DNA of 63,394 bases, counting the filler, from Octopus bimaculoides (lineage: Eukaryota), in NCBI RefSeq assembly GCF_001194135.2. It is 7 parts of 6 records of this genome, joined end to end, with 100 filler letters (N's around TTAATTAATTAA, not from the genome) between each part and the next. Parts side by side here need not be neighbours in the genome. Positions count along the whole stretch, not along the records: positions 11,363 to 14,463 come from NC_068983.1; positions 14,564 to 17,686 come from NW_026424044.1; positions 17,787 to 47,736 come from NC_068986.1; 4 more parts are not named here. One strand, given 5' to 3'. A model generated the notes under the pieces. It did not search any database, was not told where the DNA came from, and was given only the letters and a program-made list of their open reading frames with translations. Position numbers and translations under genes: made by a program. This document shows positions 12,449 through 24,472 of this stretch, in pieces (within the stretch, counting starts at the first letter, position 1; the number at the start of each line of letters is the position of its first letter).

Positions 12449-12553
12449 CATGCATGCGTGTGTGTGTGTATGTATATATTTGTACAGTATAACAAACTTC
12501 ACTGAATGTTAGGTTGGTTCTAAATATCTTTTTGGTTGTTGTTTCTTTTGCAG

Positions 12554-12727
12554 AATTCTGAATTATACATTAGACATGTTTGCCTGGATTACGTATTCAC
12601 ATTGTTGAAGAAATTATCAAACATCTCAAACTATTGCACATCAGGCACTTTTCTAGCCAACACTACAGTCTACAGTAAAGCAGACATTGAAGAATTCGAT
12701 TCACTTTTCAGAGCAGAAATGAAGAAA
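12554..12727 (+). CDS. Putative internal coding exon (phase 0-0, 58 aa), product unidentified
   Basis: Acceptor gtttcttttgcag, donor gtaagt, and 174 nt open in one frame: NSELYIRHVCLDYVFTLLKKLSNISNYCTSGTFLANTTVYSKADIEEFDSLFRAEMKK. The sequence is non-repetitive. Confidence 0.6.
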
Positions 12728-13696
12728 GTAAGTTAGCATTTACTGAGTTCAGTTTACTAACTAGTTTAAACCTTCTGAATGTATAAAACGAATTTGTTCT
12801 TCTCTCACCTTCTCTCAATCAAGCACAGAAACAGACACACACACACATTTATATATACTAGAAGGACCTGTAAATATTTTATGGAATTAATGATAAACTT
12901 ATTGGGTTATTTCTGAAAACTTTATCCAAAAAACCTGTATTGTGTCCGTATCAAAAGATAGTCGATCGTCTGCTAATCATTGAAAAGGGAAAGGAATTGG
13001 AATACGATGATAACTTAATACAATTTATATATAAACTTTATATACTTTATGGACAATTTTATAGACTTAATACACAACACTCTCCCTCTTTCTCTCTCAC
13101 TGTTTGTCTCACCTTCTTTTTCTCCTTTTTCTTTTGCTCTTTGCCTATCCCTTCAGCTAATCACGTGAAAGCGTTACAGATGGGTTAAGTAATGNNNNNN
13201 NNNNNNNNNNNNNNNNNNNNNNNNNNNNNNNNNNNNNNNNNNNNNNNNNNNNNNNNNNNNNNNNNNNNNNNNNNNNNNNNNNNNNNNNNNNNNNNNNNNN
13301 NNNNNNNNNNNNNNNNNNNNNNNNNNNNNNNNNNNNNNNNNNNNNNNNNNNNNNNNNNNNNNNNNNNNNNNNNNNNNNNNNNNNNNNNNNNNNNNNNNNN
13401 NNNNNNNNNNNNNNNNNNNNNNNNNNNNNNNNNNNNNNNNNNNNNNNNNNNNNNNNNNNNNNNNNNNNNNNNNNNNNNNNNNNNNNNNNNNNNNNNNNNN
13501 NNNNNNNNNNNNNNNNNNNNNNNNNNNNNNNNNNTGAAGATGTGCCAAAAAGCCTCATTGGTACTTGGAAACTTTTACGAAAATTAAAATGGGGATTAAA
13601 TGAAAAAAATGATTTACGTGAATATCCTCACAAGAGTAATTGAAATAAATGGCGATTGTGGAACCCCCCACGCATACGCGCACGCATTTAACATGT

Positions 13697-14336
13697 GTCT
13701 TTGTAAATATGTTTGTATACATTTATATATGTGTGTGTTTGTAAGAGACAGAGTGTGAGTGAGTCAAGGGGTGTGTATGTGTGTGAGACAGAGTGAGAGA
13801 GCGGTGTGTATGTAGTATTTACTCTCTCTCTCACATACACACGAACACACACAAAATAGAGAGTGAATCTTTTTGCCGTTGTTACGTCAATACCAGAGCA
13901 CACACGCGCGCATACACACGTATGTCTTTGTAAATATGTTTGTATACATTTATGTATGTGTGTGTTTATAAGAGACAGAGTGAGTGAGAGAGAGAGGTTT
14001 GTTGTCATGTATACGTACATACATAAATATACATACATCTTTGGGTGTATGCATATGACAACACAACCCTTGATTCACTCACACTCTGTCTCTTACAAAA
14101 CGCACGCGCGCGCATACACACGTGTGTCTGTAAATATGTTTGTATACATTTATGTATGTGTGTGTTTGTAAGAGACAGTGTGAGTGAGTCAAGGTGCGTG
14201 TGTATGTGTGTGAGACAGAGTGAGAGAGCGGTGTGTATGTAGTATTTACTCTCTCTCTCTCTCTCATACACACGAACACACACTCACACACAAAATAGAG
14301 AGTGAATCTTTTTGCCATTGTTACGTCAATACCAGA
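13697..14336. repeat. Local duplication of a about 200-bp unit, with a partial third copy and an inverted 32-bp piece
   Basis: caaaatagagagtgaatctttttgcc.ttgttacgtcaataccaga occurs twice. 14068-14099 is the reverse complement of about 13738-13769 with 1 mismatch. Confidence 0.8.
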
Positions 14337-15540
14337 AGTTGACATTGAGGAACCTTTTTAAAGAAGTGAATCTTAAATATAAAGCAATATTATTTATTTT
14401 TAATTAAAAAAATCAAATGAAGAGCCTAAGATTTATCCGAGGTCAAATTATTCATGCATTACANNNNNNNNNNNNNNNNNNNNNNNNNNNNNNNNNNNNN
14501 NNNNNNNTTAATTAATTAANNNNNNNNNNNNNNNNNNNNNNNNNNNNNNNNNNNNNNNNNNNNAAAAGAAATATAGTGTAAACGAAACAATGCATCGAAG
14601 CAGGAAAAAAAGACAGAAGAATCGAAAGCGATACAGCGAGAAAACGGAAAACAAAGAATGAAGCAATAAATATTATATAAATGAATAATGTAAGAAAGAA
14701 AGAAGAATACAAAAAGAAAGGGAAGGAAAGCCGAAGAATATTTGTTGACATTGTGACAGATCCGGAGCTGGACTCTTCTCTCACGCACAACAACATTCCA
14801 CAGATTGTGGATTCTCTGGCTTACACTTGAGCTGATGGTATTCCTTCACAGACAAAATTCCTCTTGGATATTTACCACTTTTTTTGTGTGTTTTGTTTCT
14901 TTACTTTGTGTTTGTGTTTCTGTGTTTATATTCCTTATATGTTTGTGTTTGTATTGCATCAGTGTGCACCTTTCGTATTTGCTGTGTTTTTGTTGCGCCA
15001 GTATGTCTTTTGTTTTTGTGTTTGTGTATTTTCTACGCGTTAATGTTTTGTTTTCATTTTGTTTTCATTCCTTTTAAATATTTTCTTTCAAATAAATGTT
15101 TTCTGTTGTTTTTCTTATTCTGTTATTTGGTTACGGTAGAAAGGTTTCACAGAAAAATTTTCTTAAAATGTCCGTGTGTCTACTTAACGTTCATAGCTTT
15201 GCATATTTTCACCACTCTGTTGCAGTGACAGTGTGTGCATATGTATGTGGTTGTGTGCACGTTTATATGTGCCCGTGTATGCATAACTATTCATATGTGA
15301 GAATATGACTGTATGTCTTCTTTCCCTCTTTATCCCCCCTCTCTCTCCCTCTTCGTTTGCTTCTCATTTTCTTCAGCATTTCTATGTATCTATTTCAATA
15401 GCTTGGTGATTCTGTCATTCACGCGCATTTCTATCTCTTTCCCATTCTGCATATATCACAGACGCTTCTCACACCGTGTATCTCTGTCTGTCTGTCAGTC
15501 AGTCAGTCAGTCAGTCAGTCTGACTGTCTGTCTGTCTATC

Positions 15541-15770
15541 TTATTTCTTTATTGCCCAACAAGGGGCTAAACAAAGAGGGTATAAACAAGAACAAAGGGA
15601 TTAAGTCGATTACATCGACCCCAGTGCGTAACTGGCACTTAATTTATCGGCCCCGAAAGGATAAAAGGCAAAGTCGACCTCGGCGGAATTTGAACTCAGA
15701 ACGTAGAGACAGACGAAATACCGCTAAGCATTTCGCCCGATGTGCTAACGTTTCTGCCAGCTCGCCGCCT
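15541..15770 (-). mobile_element. tRNA-headed SINE group M, tail type B
   Basis: Head ggcggcgagctggcagaaacgttagc, B-box gttcaaattcc, core gtcgactttgcctttyatcctttcgggg; tail ...ccccttgttgggcaataaagaaataa. Confidence 0.9.
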
Positions 15771-15940
15771 TTATCTATCTATCTATCTATCTATCGCTAC
15801 CTATAATGTATCTATCTCAAGTTATCACTTTTATAATGCTATATGTTACATAATATTATTTTCATATATACATACATGTATATATACATACATGTATATA
15901 TATATATACATACATATATTTATGTATGTATATGTACTCA

Positions 15941-15972
<32 letters not shown>

Positions 15973-15974
15973 GA

Positions 15975-16021
<47 letters not shown>

Positions 16022-16944
16022 CCAAAGTAATTTCGTCAGTCATTGAATAATCTCTCTTTTGTTTTCGTATCTCTCGCTATTTCGCGACAATCCACCGTCA
16101 AAAGCCTGTATAGCGCTATATTTATATACAAATCTCAACCACCGGTGTACATGTTGTTGCCAGCGATATTATCTAATACTGGTCTTCATCTGACAAAGCT
16201 GATCTTTGATCAAAAGCATTCCAGAAGTGAACAACCTAGTTTTTGCTTTTACGACATCGAATATCTAAGTCGTACGATTATACACTTTCGCCCACTTCCT
16301 TTACAAAACACGGCTGTGAATTATAAGATATTACGCTGATATTTCTTACAAATCGTGTGACAACGTAGAGCCGCTCTTTAGAATCAGAAGATCTCGCTAC
16401 ATATCGTATATCATATAATCTGTTTTCAATTTATCCTCTTATCTAATCTTTTATCTACTAATCTACCGTCATCTAATCTCTTTTCACATTTCGCTCATTT
16501 AATTCTTTCCCTAGACAGTTGACCTCTCTCCTCTCCACTGCTCTGCTCTGATATCGTCTGCTCTTCTATCGTCTGCTCCGCTATCGTCTACTCAGCTCTC
16601 GTCTCCCATATTCTCTTTCATAATACCCTTGTTTAAACTGTTATTTTAAAATTCTTTATTGTAACTGTATCTGGAATAATACTCAAATATAACTTGGTAT
16701 AATCTCGCATAATGTATATATATCATCCAATTAGCCTATTTATTTTATAGTTTATATACATACGTGATGCGCATACACACACATATACACATCTATATAA
16801 ATGCATATATTTATTATATGAGCGCGCATATGTATTACGTTATATACATGTATGTTTACATACAAACACATACTAATATATTTGTATATAAGTACATATA
16901 TATACAGACGTATAAACACACTTTTCCCTTATAGTACCTTTCTA

Positions 16945-17370
16945 CGCATCTCATTTATTTGACTGCGGCTATGCTGGAGCATAACCTTCAAGAGTTTAGT
17001 CAAAAGTATAAACTCCAATACTTACATTTTAAGCATGGCATTTAATTTATCGGTGTAGTTTACCGAATCGATAGGTTATGAGACGTACACAGAGCAACAC
17101 TGGTTGTCAAGCGGAGATGATCGAGAAACGTAAACTCAGACAGATAGACACACGCACACGCGTTTTGTGTATGTGTGTCTGTCTTTCCACCCGTTTCCCC
17201 CCCCCACAACCGGTGTTGGTGTATTTACGTCTCCGGAACATTGTAGTGGTTGGGCAAAACAGATGGATAAAATAGGTATCAGACTTATAAAAAGAAGGAC
17301 TGGGATGGACTAAAACATCAAGGCGGTGCCTCAGCATGGCTGCAGTCTAATGACTGCAACAGGTAAAAGA
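16945..17370. mobile_element. Two inverted 3' modules of SINE group 3 joined at a CA/TG microsatellite
   Basis: acaaccggtgttgg...ccagcatggctgcagtc on + (17195-17370) and its diverged reverse complement at 16945-17115. Confidence 0.7.
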
Positions 17371-17371
17371 T

Positions 17372-17590
17372 ATATTCTTTTTTTTTATTCCTGGAGCACC
17401 GGGTTGAAGGATATTTTTGTCGAAGAAATCCACTCCAGAGCTTATTTCAGTTTGCGTCTACTAAATCCACCCACAAGGCTCTCCCCACCGCCAAGGCTAT
17501 AGTAGAAGACGGTTGCCCAAGGTGCCACGCAGTGGGACTGAACCCAGAATCATGTGGTTGAGAAACAAGCTTCTTATCACACAACCACAC
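17372..17590 (-). mobile_element. SINE group 3 (tRNA-like head plus partial 3' module)
   Basis: Reverse complement of aagcttgtttctcaaccacatgattctgggttcagtcccactgcgtggcaccttgggcaa...gtggatttagtagacgcaaactgaa. Confidence 0.8.
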
Positions 17591-17869
17591 ACGTATATAT
17601 ACATATGTATATACATATACATAAATGTATATACAAATGTCTAGGACGATACACTCTGCCACCCACACGTATATTATACATATATANNNNNNNNNNNNNN
17701 NNNNNNNNNNNNNNNNNNNNNNNNNNNNNNTTAATTAATTAANNNNNNNNNNNNNNNNNNNNNNNNNNNNNNNNNNNNNNNNNNNNGGTGATGGTGGTGG
17801 TGGTAGTGGTGGTATCAGTGGTGAGGACAGTGGTTTTGTTAGCAAGGATATTTGTGTCCTTGTTGTTGC

Positions 17870-17928
<59 letters not shown>

Positions 17929-18127
17929 TTGTTGTTGATGTTTTCACTGGTGACGATTTTTGGAAATAAGGCTCTAAATAGAGCTATTTCCGATTTGAAA
18001 AATATATATTCACGAAGTATTTTGTGTTATACACAACTTATACAAAATTTAAAAACAAAACTGGTCTTTTAAGAGGTGAAAAATGCAACTTACGTGGGAG
18101 CCGATGTGTCTACCGTCCGTCCATAAT

Positions 18128-18184
<57 letters not shown>

Positions 18185-19029
18185 CATTCAACCATATAAA
18201 TTAATACATGCCCAAAACCGAGACAGTATTTTCATATTATTTATTCATATACCAAGTCATATTTCACAGGATAACTGAATAGATGACAGTGAAGAAATAT
18301 TTCGAATATGTATCTTTGTATTATATACACACGTTTGTATACGAAGATACCACTGACTCCTACATATGCAACCCGAAACCTGAGTACATAGAGTCTCTCC
18401 CACACACATACACACACACACGCACACACACACTTACTTACCCCCTCACATACACACATACAGACATTCATGTAGATATAATGATATATATATATGCCGG
18501 TTTATGCAAGTATGTACACCTATACGCAAGCACTTGTTGACACACACACATACACACCTTAGACACATAGACACACACACGTTCATTTAAACAGTGCTAC
18601 GCAACCAGACGTGACTGCGTTATTTATCTACTTATCAAATAATAACCGGGATTCGTAGAGGACAGTCTTTGATAGTTGATAGTTGACAGTTGAAGCTGTT
18701 GAAGCCGTTTGTCTGGAACATAATTAAAAAGTGATACCTGAATATTTGTTATCACAAATTTATGATATTGATTTTGTTTTTCTTCTTCTTCCTGACAAGT
18801 TACATGAACAGTTTGCAGAATACCAAACGTTTTATAAATGATAGATTCCAACTTTACTGAATTTTTGCTGTAGTTTTTTCTTTTTTATTTACTTATTTAT
18901 ATTTCATTTTTATTTCCGACTTCTTGTGCTCTGCCTTGTTCAGTCCTTAGACGATTCGAGTATCATTGAAGTAATTTTTGCTTCTTTTTTCTGTGAGATA
19001 GATATTCCCAAATCCTCGCTCACCCACTG

Positions 19030-19600
19030 GAATTTTGGCCCGGTTGCGAAATATTTTTTTCCCACGAGAGTTCCGGACCCCAGTAATGAACTCATTTGCA
19101 TATAGCCAATCAGAGCTCACCTTAACCTTCTCAAGTTAACAAACACACTCTACCAAGTAAACTCAAGACGAAGGACGGTGTTGTAAGATGTTATAAGGCG
19201 ACCGATTGCCAAGTTATGCCTGATTTTAGGTGACAAGTAATTAGATAGATTTGCATCTATACTTATTATCGGAATTTGTTACGGCCCCATATGGTAAAGA
19301 TGTGGATGGGAAAAATGTGGGTTGAGGGTGATGTGCTAGCAACCATCTCCCCTTATTGTTTTACAAAGTAAACAACAACACAAATAACCACGCAGAGCCA
19401 GCCATGGTTAAAACAAGAACAAGAACAACAAGCATTATTAAAAGAGAAAACCACGGTCATTCCTTATCGTATCGCCCATTGCTTGTTGCTTGTTATGTGC
19501 TCATGAATTAGTTTGATAGTTGAGCTCTGATTGGCTGTATGTAAATGAGTTCACAACACTCGTGGGAGAAAATAATTCGCGACTCGGTTTGGGGTGTTGG
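19030..19600. mobile_element. Non-autonomous element with about 75-bp imperfect inverted repeats
   Basis: Left arm tcccacgagagtt..tgaactcatttgcatatagccaatcagagctca (about 19060-19130) pairs with right arm tgagctctgattggctgtatgtaaatgagttca..ctcgtggga (about 19520-19570). Confidence 0.65.
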
Positions 19601-19727
19601 TGGGGCAAAGAAAGCGCTTTGGACACTTTCCTGAGAAACTTCATCGCCAAAACGAACGAGCATCGAAACAGTTTTTTGGACTAATTTTTCATTATTGGGT
19701 TAATTTGATTTCGTAGATGTACAAATA

Positions 19728-19953
19728 TAATATCCCTTTCCACTATAGGCACAAGGCCTGAAATTGGAGGTGGTGGGAGGATCTAGTCGATTAAATTGAC
19801 TCCGGTGTTCAAATTGGTACTTAATTTGTCGATCCCGAAAGCATGAAAGGCAAAGTCGACCTCGGCGGAATTTGAACTCAGAACGTAAAGACGGGCGAAA
19901 TGCCGCGAAGCATCTTGCTCGGCGCGCTAACGATTCTACCAAGCTCACTGCCT
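19728..19953 (-). mobile_element. SINE group M, tail type A
   Basis: Same head and core as 15541; tail caggccttgtgcctatagtggaaaggga. Confidence 0.9.
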
Positions 19954-19962
19954 TGTATTCAA

Positions 19963-20016
<54 letters not shown>

Positions 20017-20018
<2 letters not shown>

Positions 20019-20500
20019 GAAAAGGTCACAGAAAACGAGAAAGCAACCATACTCTGGGATATGCCAATACACACAGATAGAGAAATTAAGGCAAATAGAC
20101 CAGATATAGTTGTCAAAGATCATGAAGAAAAAAAAATGCTTTCTAATTGATGTATCAATACCAGCAGATGACAACGTTTCTCTAAAAGAAATGGAAAAAC
20201 TTTCAAAATACAAAGACCTGGAAATAGAGATAACTCGAATGTGGAGTCTAAAAACAGAAACAATTCCTANNNNNNNNNNAAAATATTCAGACAAATACAT
20301 AACAAAAACACCAGGACTTACAAATATATATAACATACAGAAAATTGCACTACTGGGTACTGCACACATTCTACGCAAAACACTTTCAATACAGTAAGCA
20401 TAAGAGCACCACAGCAAACCACAGCACATACCCAAAGCGCACAGAGCTGCGCTCGGTAGTGAAGTGAAAGCACGTTATAAAAATAAAACTACTGAACAAT
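20017..20500 (+). mobile_element. 5'-truncated R4/Dong-like non-LTR retrotransposon (restriction-like endonuclease C-terminus plus 3'UTR)
   Basis: ILWDMPIHTDREIKANRPDIVVKDHEEKK/CFLIDVSIPADDNVSLKEMEKLSKYKDLEIEITRMW...LQ-equivalent IQKIALLGTAHILRK* gives the PD...D...K..KY RLE motif. A frameshift lies in an A-run near 20130. (TAA)n flanks both sides. Confidence 0.9.
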
Positions 20501-20529
20501 AGTAATAATAATAATAATAATAATAATAC

Positions 20530-20640
20530 AGTAACCATAAGAGCATCACAGCAAACCACAGCACATACCCAAGGCGCACAGAGCTGCGCTCGGTAGTGAA
20601 GTGAAAGCACGTTATAAAAATAAAACTACTGAATAATGAT
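20530..20640 (+). mobile_element. Second, more truncated copy (3'UTR only) of the same R4/Dong-like element
   Basis: Near-identical to 20392-20500 and separated from it by (TAA)n. Confidence 0.85.
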
Positions 20641-20771
20641 AATAATAATAATAAGGATTTTATTGGTAATAGTAGCTGATTAAGCAACTACAAAGTTGAT
20701 CCAATAGATATGTGTGAAAGATAGCTAGCTGGATAAAACACATGCTAATTATATATGTGTGTATATATTTC

Positions 20772-20806
<35 letters not shown>

Positions 20807-21265
20807 CATATATTATACATATACACGCACGCGTAAAAAGATAAACACATATGTACACTCATACAAATATACATACATATACGTATGTATATATATGTGT
20901 ATGTATGCTTGTATGTATAGACATAGACATAGACACATGCGTATGCATACACACTCATACGCTTACGTGTGAGATTGTACAACTCTACACATACACACAC
21001 ACACACGTACACACACAGAGACGACACTGCAGAGTCCTTCTTCAAATGTACACAAATGTTAACAAGGGTTTTAAACTGCGACGTAAAAAGGTCATGTGCA
21101 CGTCTCCATGACATCTGTCACAGAGAGGAGAGCAAACAGAAATATATATCAATAACTTAGCTGCTGCGGAGGTCCACTTGCTTGTGACCTTTATTGACCT
21201 CTGCATCGTATACCAACAGTATATTCGGGTGCATAATACTATGTATTTGCCATACTTTCTCATTG

Positions 21266-21900
21266 CAGGCGTGGTTGTGTTTCAAGAAGTTTGCTTCGCA
21301 ATCACATCGTTACGGTTTCAGTCCAACTGCGTGGCGCCTTACGCCATTGTCTGCTATGATAGCCTCATGCCTTGGGAGTGGATTTGGTACACGAATACCG
21401 AAAGAAGCCCGTCGAAGGTATGTATACGTGTGTGTTATTTCTTTACTACCCACAAGGGGCTACACACAGAAGGGACAAACAAGGACAGACAAACGGATTA
21501 AGTCGATTACATCGACCCCAGTGCGAAACTGGTACTTATTTAATCGACCCCGAAAGGATGAAAGGCAAAGTCGACCTCGGCGGAATTTGAACTGAGAACA
21601 TAGCGGCAGACGAAATACTGCTAAGCATTTCGCCCGGCGTGCTAACGTTTCTGCCAGCTCGCCGCCTGTATACGTGTGTGTGCGTGTGTGTGTCTTTATG
21701 CATATGTTTGTCCCCCTCCATGGATTCACAACCGGTTTTGGTCTGTTTACGTTCCCGTAACTTAGCGGTTCGGCAAAAGATAATAAGTACCAGGCTTACC
21801 AAATGAATAAGTACTGTTTGATTCATTCGACTAAAAATTCTTCAAGGCCGTGCACCAGCATGACTGCAGTCTACTGACTGAAGCAAGAGAAAGATAAAAA
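21266..21900 (+). mobile_element. SINE group 3 (head, internal microsatellite, 3' module), interrupted by a group M SINE
   Basis: Head 21266-21420; 3' module about 21700-21900. Confidence 0.8.
21436..21666 (-). mobile_element. Full-length SINE group M (tail B) with a 15-bp TSD
   Basis: tgtatacgtgtgtgt at 21421-21435 and 21667-21681. Confidence 0.92.
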
Positions 21901-23028
21901 CTAAAAACTAAAAAGATAAAGGCATAACGAGAATAATATGACGTTCTCTACTCACTACGCTTTTTCATATTCGGCATGTACACCCCGCTACACTTATCCA
22001 GGGTGGTTGGGCTAAATTTGACAGTTTGCAGAAAATGAAAAGAAAACACATCTTATTCTAAAAAAACCCACAAAATCCCCAAAATATGAACTAAATTATG
22101 CCTGGATGTGTTATATATTGTGTTACCNNNNNNNNNNNNNNNNNNNNNNNNNNNNNNNNNNNNNNNNNNNNNNNNNNNNNNNNNNNNNNNNNNNNNNNNN
22201 NNNNNNNNNNNNNNNNNNNNNNNNNNNNNNNNNNNNNNNNNNNNNNNNNNNNNNNNNNNNNNNNNNNNNNNNNNNNNNNNNNNNNNNNNNNNNNNNNNNN
22301 NNNNNNNNNNNNNNNNNNNNNNNNNNNNNNNNNNNNNNNNNNNNNNNNNNNNNNNNNNNNNNNNNNNNNNNNNNNNNNNNNNNNNNNNNNNNNNNNNNNN
22401 NNNNNNNNNNNNNNNNNNNNNNNNNNNNNNNNNNNNNNNNNNNNNNNNNNNNNNNNNNNNNNNNNNNNNNNNNNNNNNNNNNNNNNNNNNNNNNNNNNNN
22501 NNNNNNNNNNNNNNNNNNNNNNNNNNNNNNNNNNNNNNNNNNNNNNNNNNNNNNNNNNNNNNNNNNNNNNNNNNNNNNNNNNNNNNNNNNNNNNNNNNNN
22601 NNNNNNNNNNNNNNNNNNNNNNNNNNNNNNNNNNNNNNNNNNNNNNNNNNNNNNNNNNNNNNNNNNNNNNNNNNNNNNNNNNNNNNNNNNNNNNNNNNNN
22701 NNNNNNNNNNNNNNNNNNNNNNNNNNNNNNNNNNNNNNNNNNNNNNNNNNNNNNNNNNNNNNNNNNNNNNNNNNNNNNNNNNNNNNNNNNNNNNNNNNNN
22801 NNNNNNNNNNNNNNNNNNNNNNNNCTTAAAGCGACGAAAATATTTTGACAAATGAAATTTAAATGTTGAAGTGAATCTAACGGATTTTGTGTGTTATTTT
22901 AAATGACTTATAAACACCTTCCACGCTGCAATTGTTTTCGTTCCAGCACACGATCTCAGATCAGGTCACTTGCTATGCAAGCACATCTCCTATATATATA
23001 TATACATATATATATATATACAAAGAAG

Positions 23029-23094
<66 letters not shown>

Positions 23095-23234
23095 TTAGGT
23101 GTCAATAAGACCTGAAGGAGTCACGTAATGCTGAGTAAGTACTATGGACGGACTATAGTTAAGCTCCAGGTTCGGTGATTATGCGTATGAGGTGTCCAAC
23201 GTAGATCCTATGTCAGCACGTGTATATATATAAA

Positions 23235-23350
23235 GATTTAACAGAATGAGAAACAAATCCAACGCTGTGAGAGTTTTCAGAACATTTATAAATAGATCTT
23301 ACAGCTGTTTCCGGCATATTTTATATATCCCTTTATCGGAGACAGCGTGA
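23235..23350 (-). mobile_element. Probable Penelope-like element terminal remnant with a decayed hammerhead motif
   Basis: The - strand reads tct-ccgataa-agggatatataaaatatgccg-gaaa-c-agct-gta-aga. Confidence 0.45.
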
Positions 23351-23424
23351 GAAAATTTTAAAGCTATAATTATTCTAGATAGGATATGAAATATGTATGT
23401 ATGTAGGTATATATGATGCGCTTC

Positions 23425-23575
23425 TACACAGTTTCCTTCTAACAAATTCGTCCAAAATTATTGATCGGCCTGGGACTGTAGTAGAAGACAGTTGTCCAAG
23501 GTGCCGCGCAGTGGCTCAACAGCCAAAATCACTTAGTTTTAAAGCGAGCTTTTTAACCACACAACCATATATACA
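23425..23575 (-). mobile_element. SINE group 3 head
   Basis: Homologous to 21266-21420. Confidence 0.7.
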
Positions 23576-24408
23576 TGCGCACAAACCATATGAATAATCT
23601 TAGATTCCACCAAGTTTACGGTATTACAAATGTCACCAGATTGTTGCTGACAAGAAACCAATATTTCTGTTGAAATAAAATCAACTGTTTATAATATTTA
23701 CCATGTAAATGTTACCTGAATCTTGTATAAATTTTACGTTTGTTTTCCAGAACGACGTACTTAAAAGTATGTGTGTACACTTGAATACATAGAAGGTATA
23801 CAAATTCATATATGAATGTGTGTGCGTGTCTGCGTGTGTGTGTATGTGTTGTGTAACGAACATATGCGTACAAAATTACAGACATCAATGAATAATAAAG
23901 AAGATATGTGTGTATGTATATACGTACGTATGTGTCTATGTATGTATGTAAGGATGTATATGTATATGTATATATATGTACGTGTATGTGTATGGTATGT
24001 ATGCATATGTGTGCAAACACAAGTATGTATACCTACCATATCTTGCATATGCGTACACATTTACACACACCAACGGATGATAAAGAAGATACACGTCTTT
24101 AAGTACCAATTGACTTTCAAATATCTGTGGTTCACACCTTTCGCAAGAAAGGTAAATATATACAAGTGCTAACGTACTATCTTAAAGATAGCTAACTGGA
24201 AATTAATTTTTCTATATAATATATAGCAATTTTATTATACAAACGTGAATTTGGTGTCTGTCATTGGAGTGAAGTCAAGTCTGTGTGCAACTTTGACGTC
24301 TTTATCGGACCACATAGATCCTAGTAAACATTAATGTACAAAATATCGCTTCCTGTTACTATAACTGCATGTCTGAAATTATGTATGCACGTGTATATTT
24401 GTTTGTTT

Positions 24409-24472
<64 letters not shown>

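Noticed and set aside
12961-13070. DRLLIIEKGKELEYD resembles an ABC-transporter C-terminal motif
   Set aside because: Only 15 residues, purine-rich, with a weak acceptor and no other ABC motifs in the window; probably chance.
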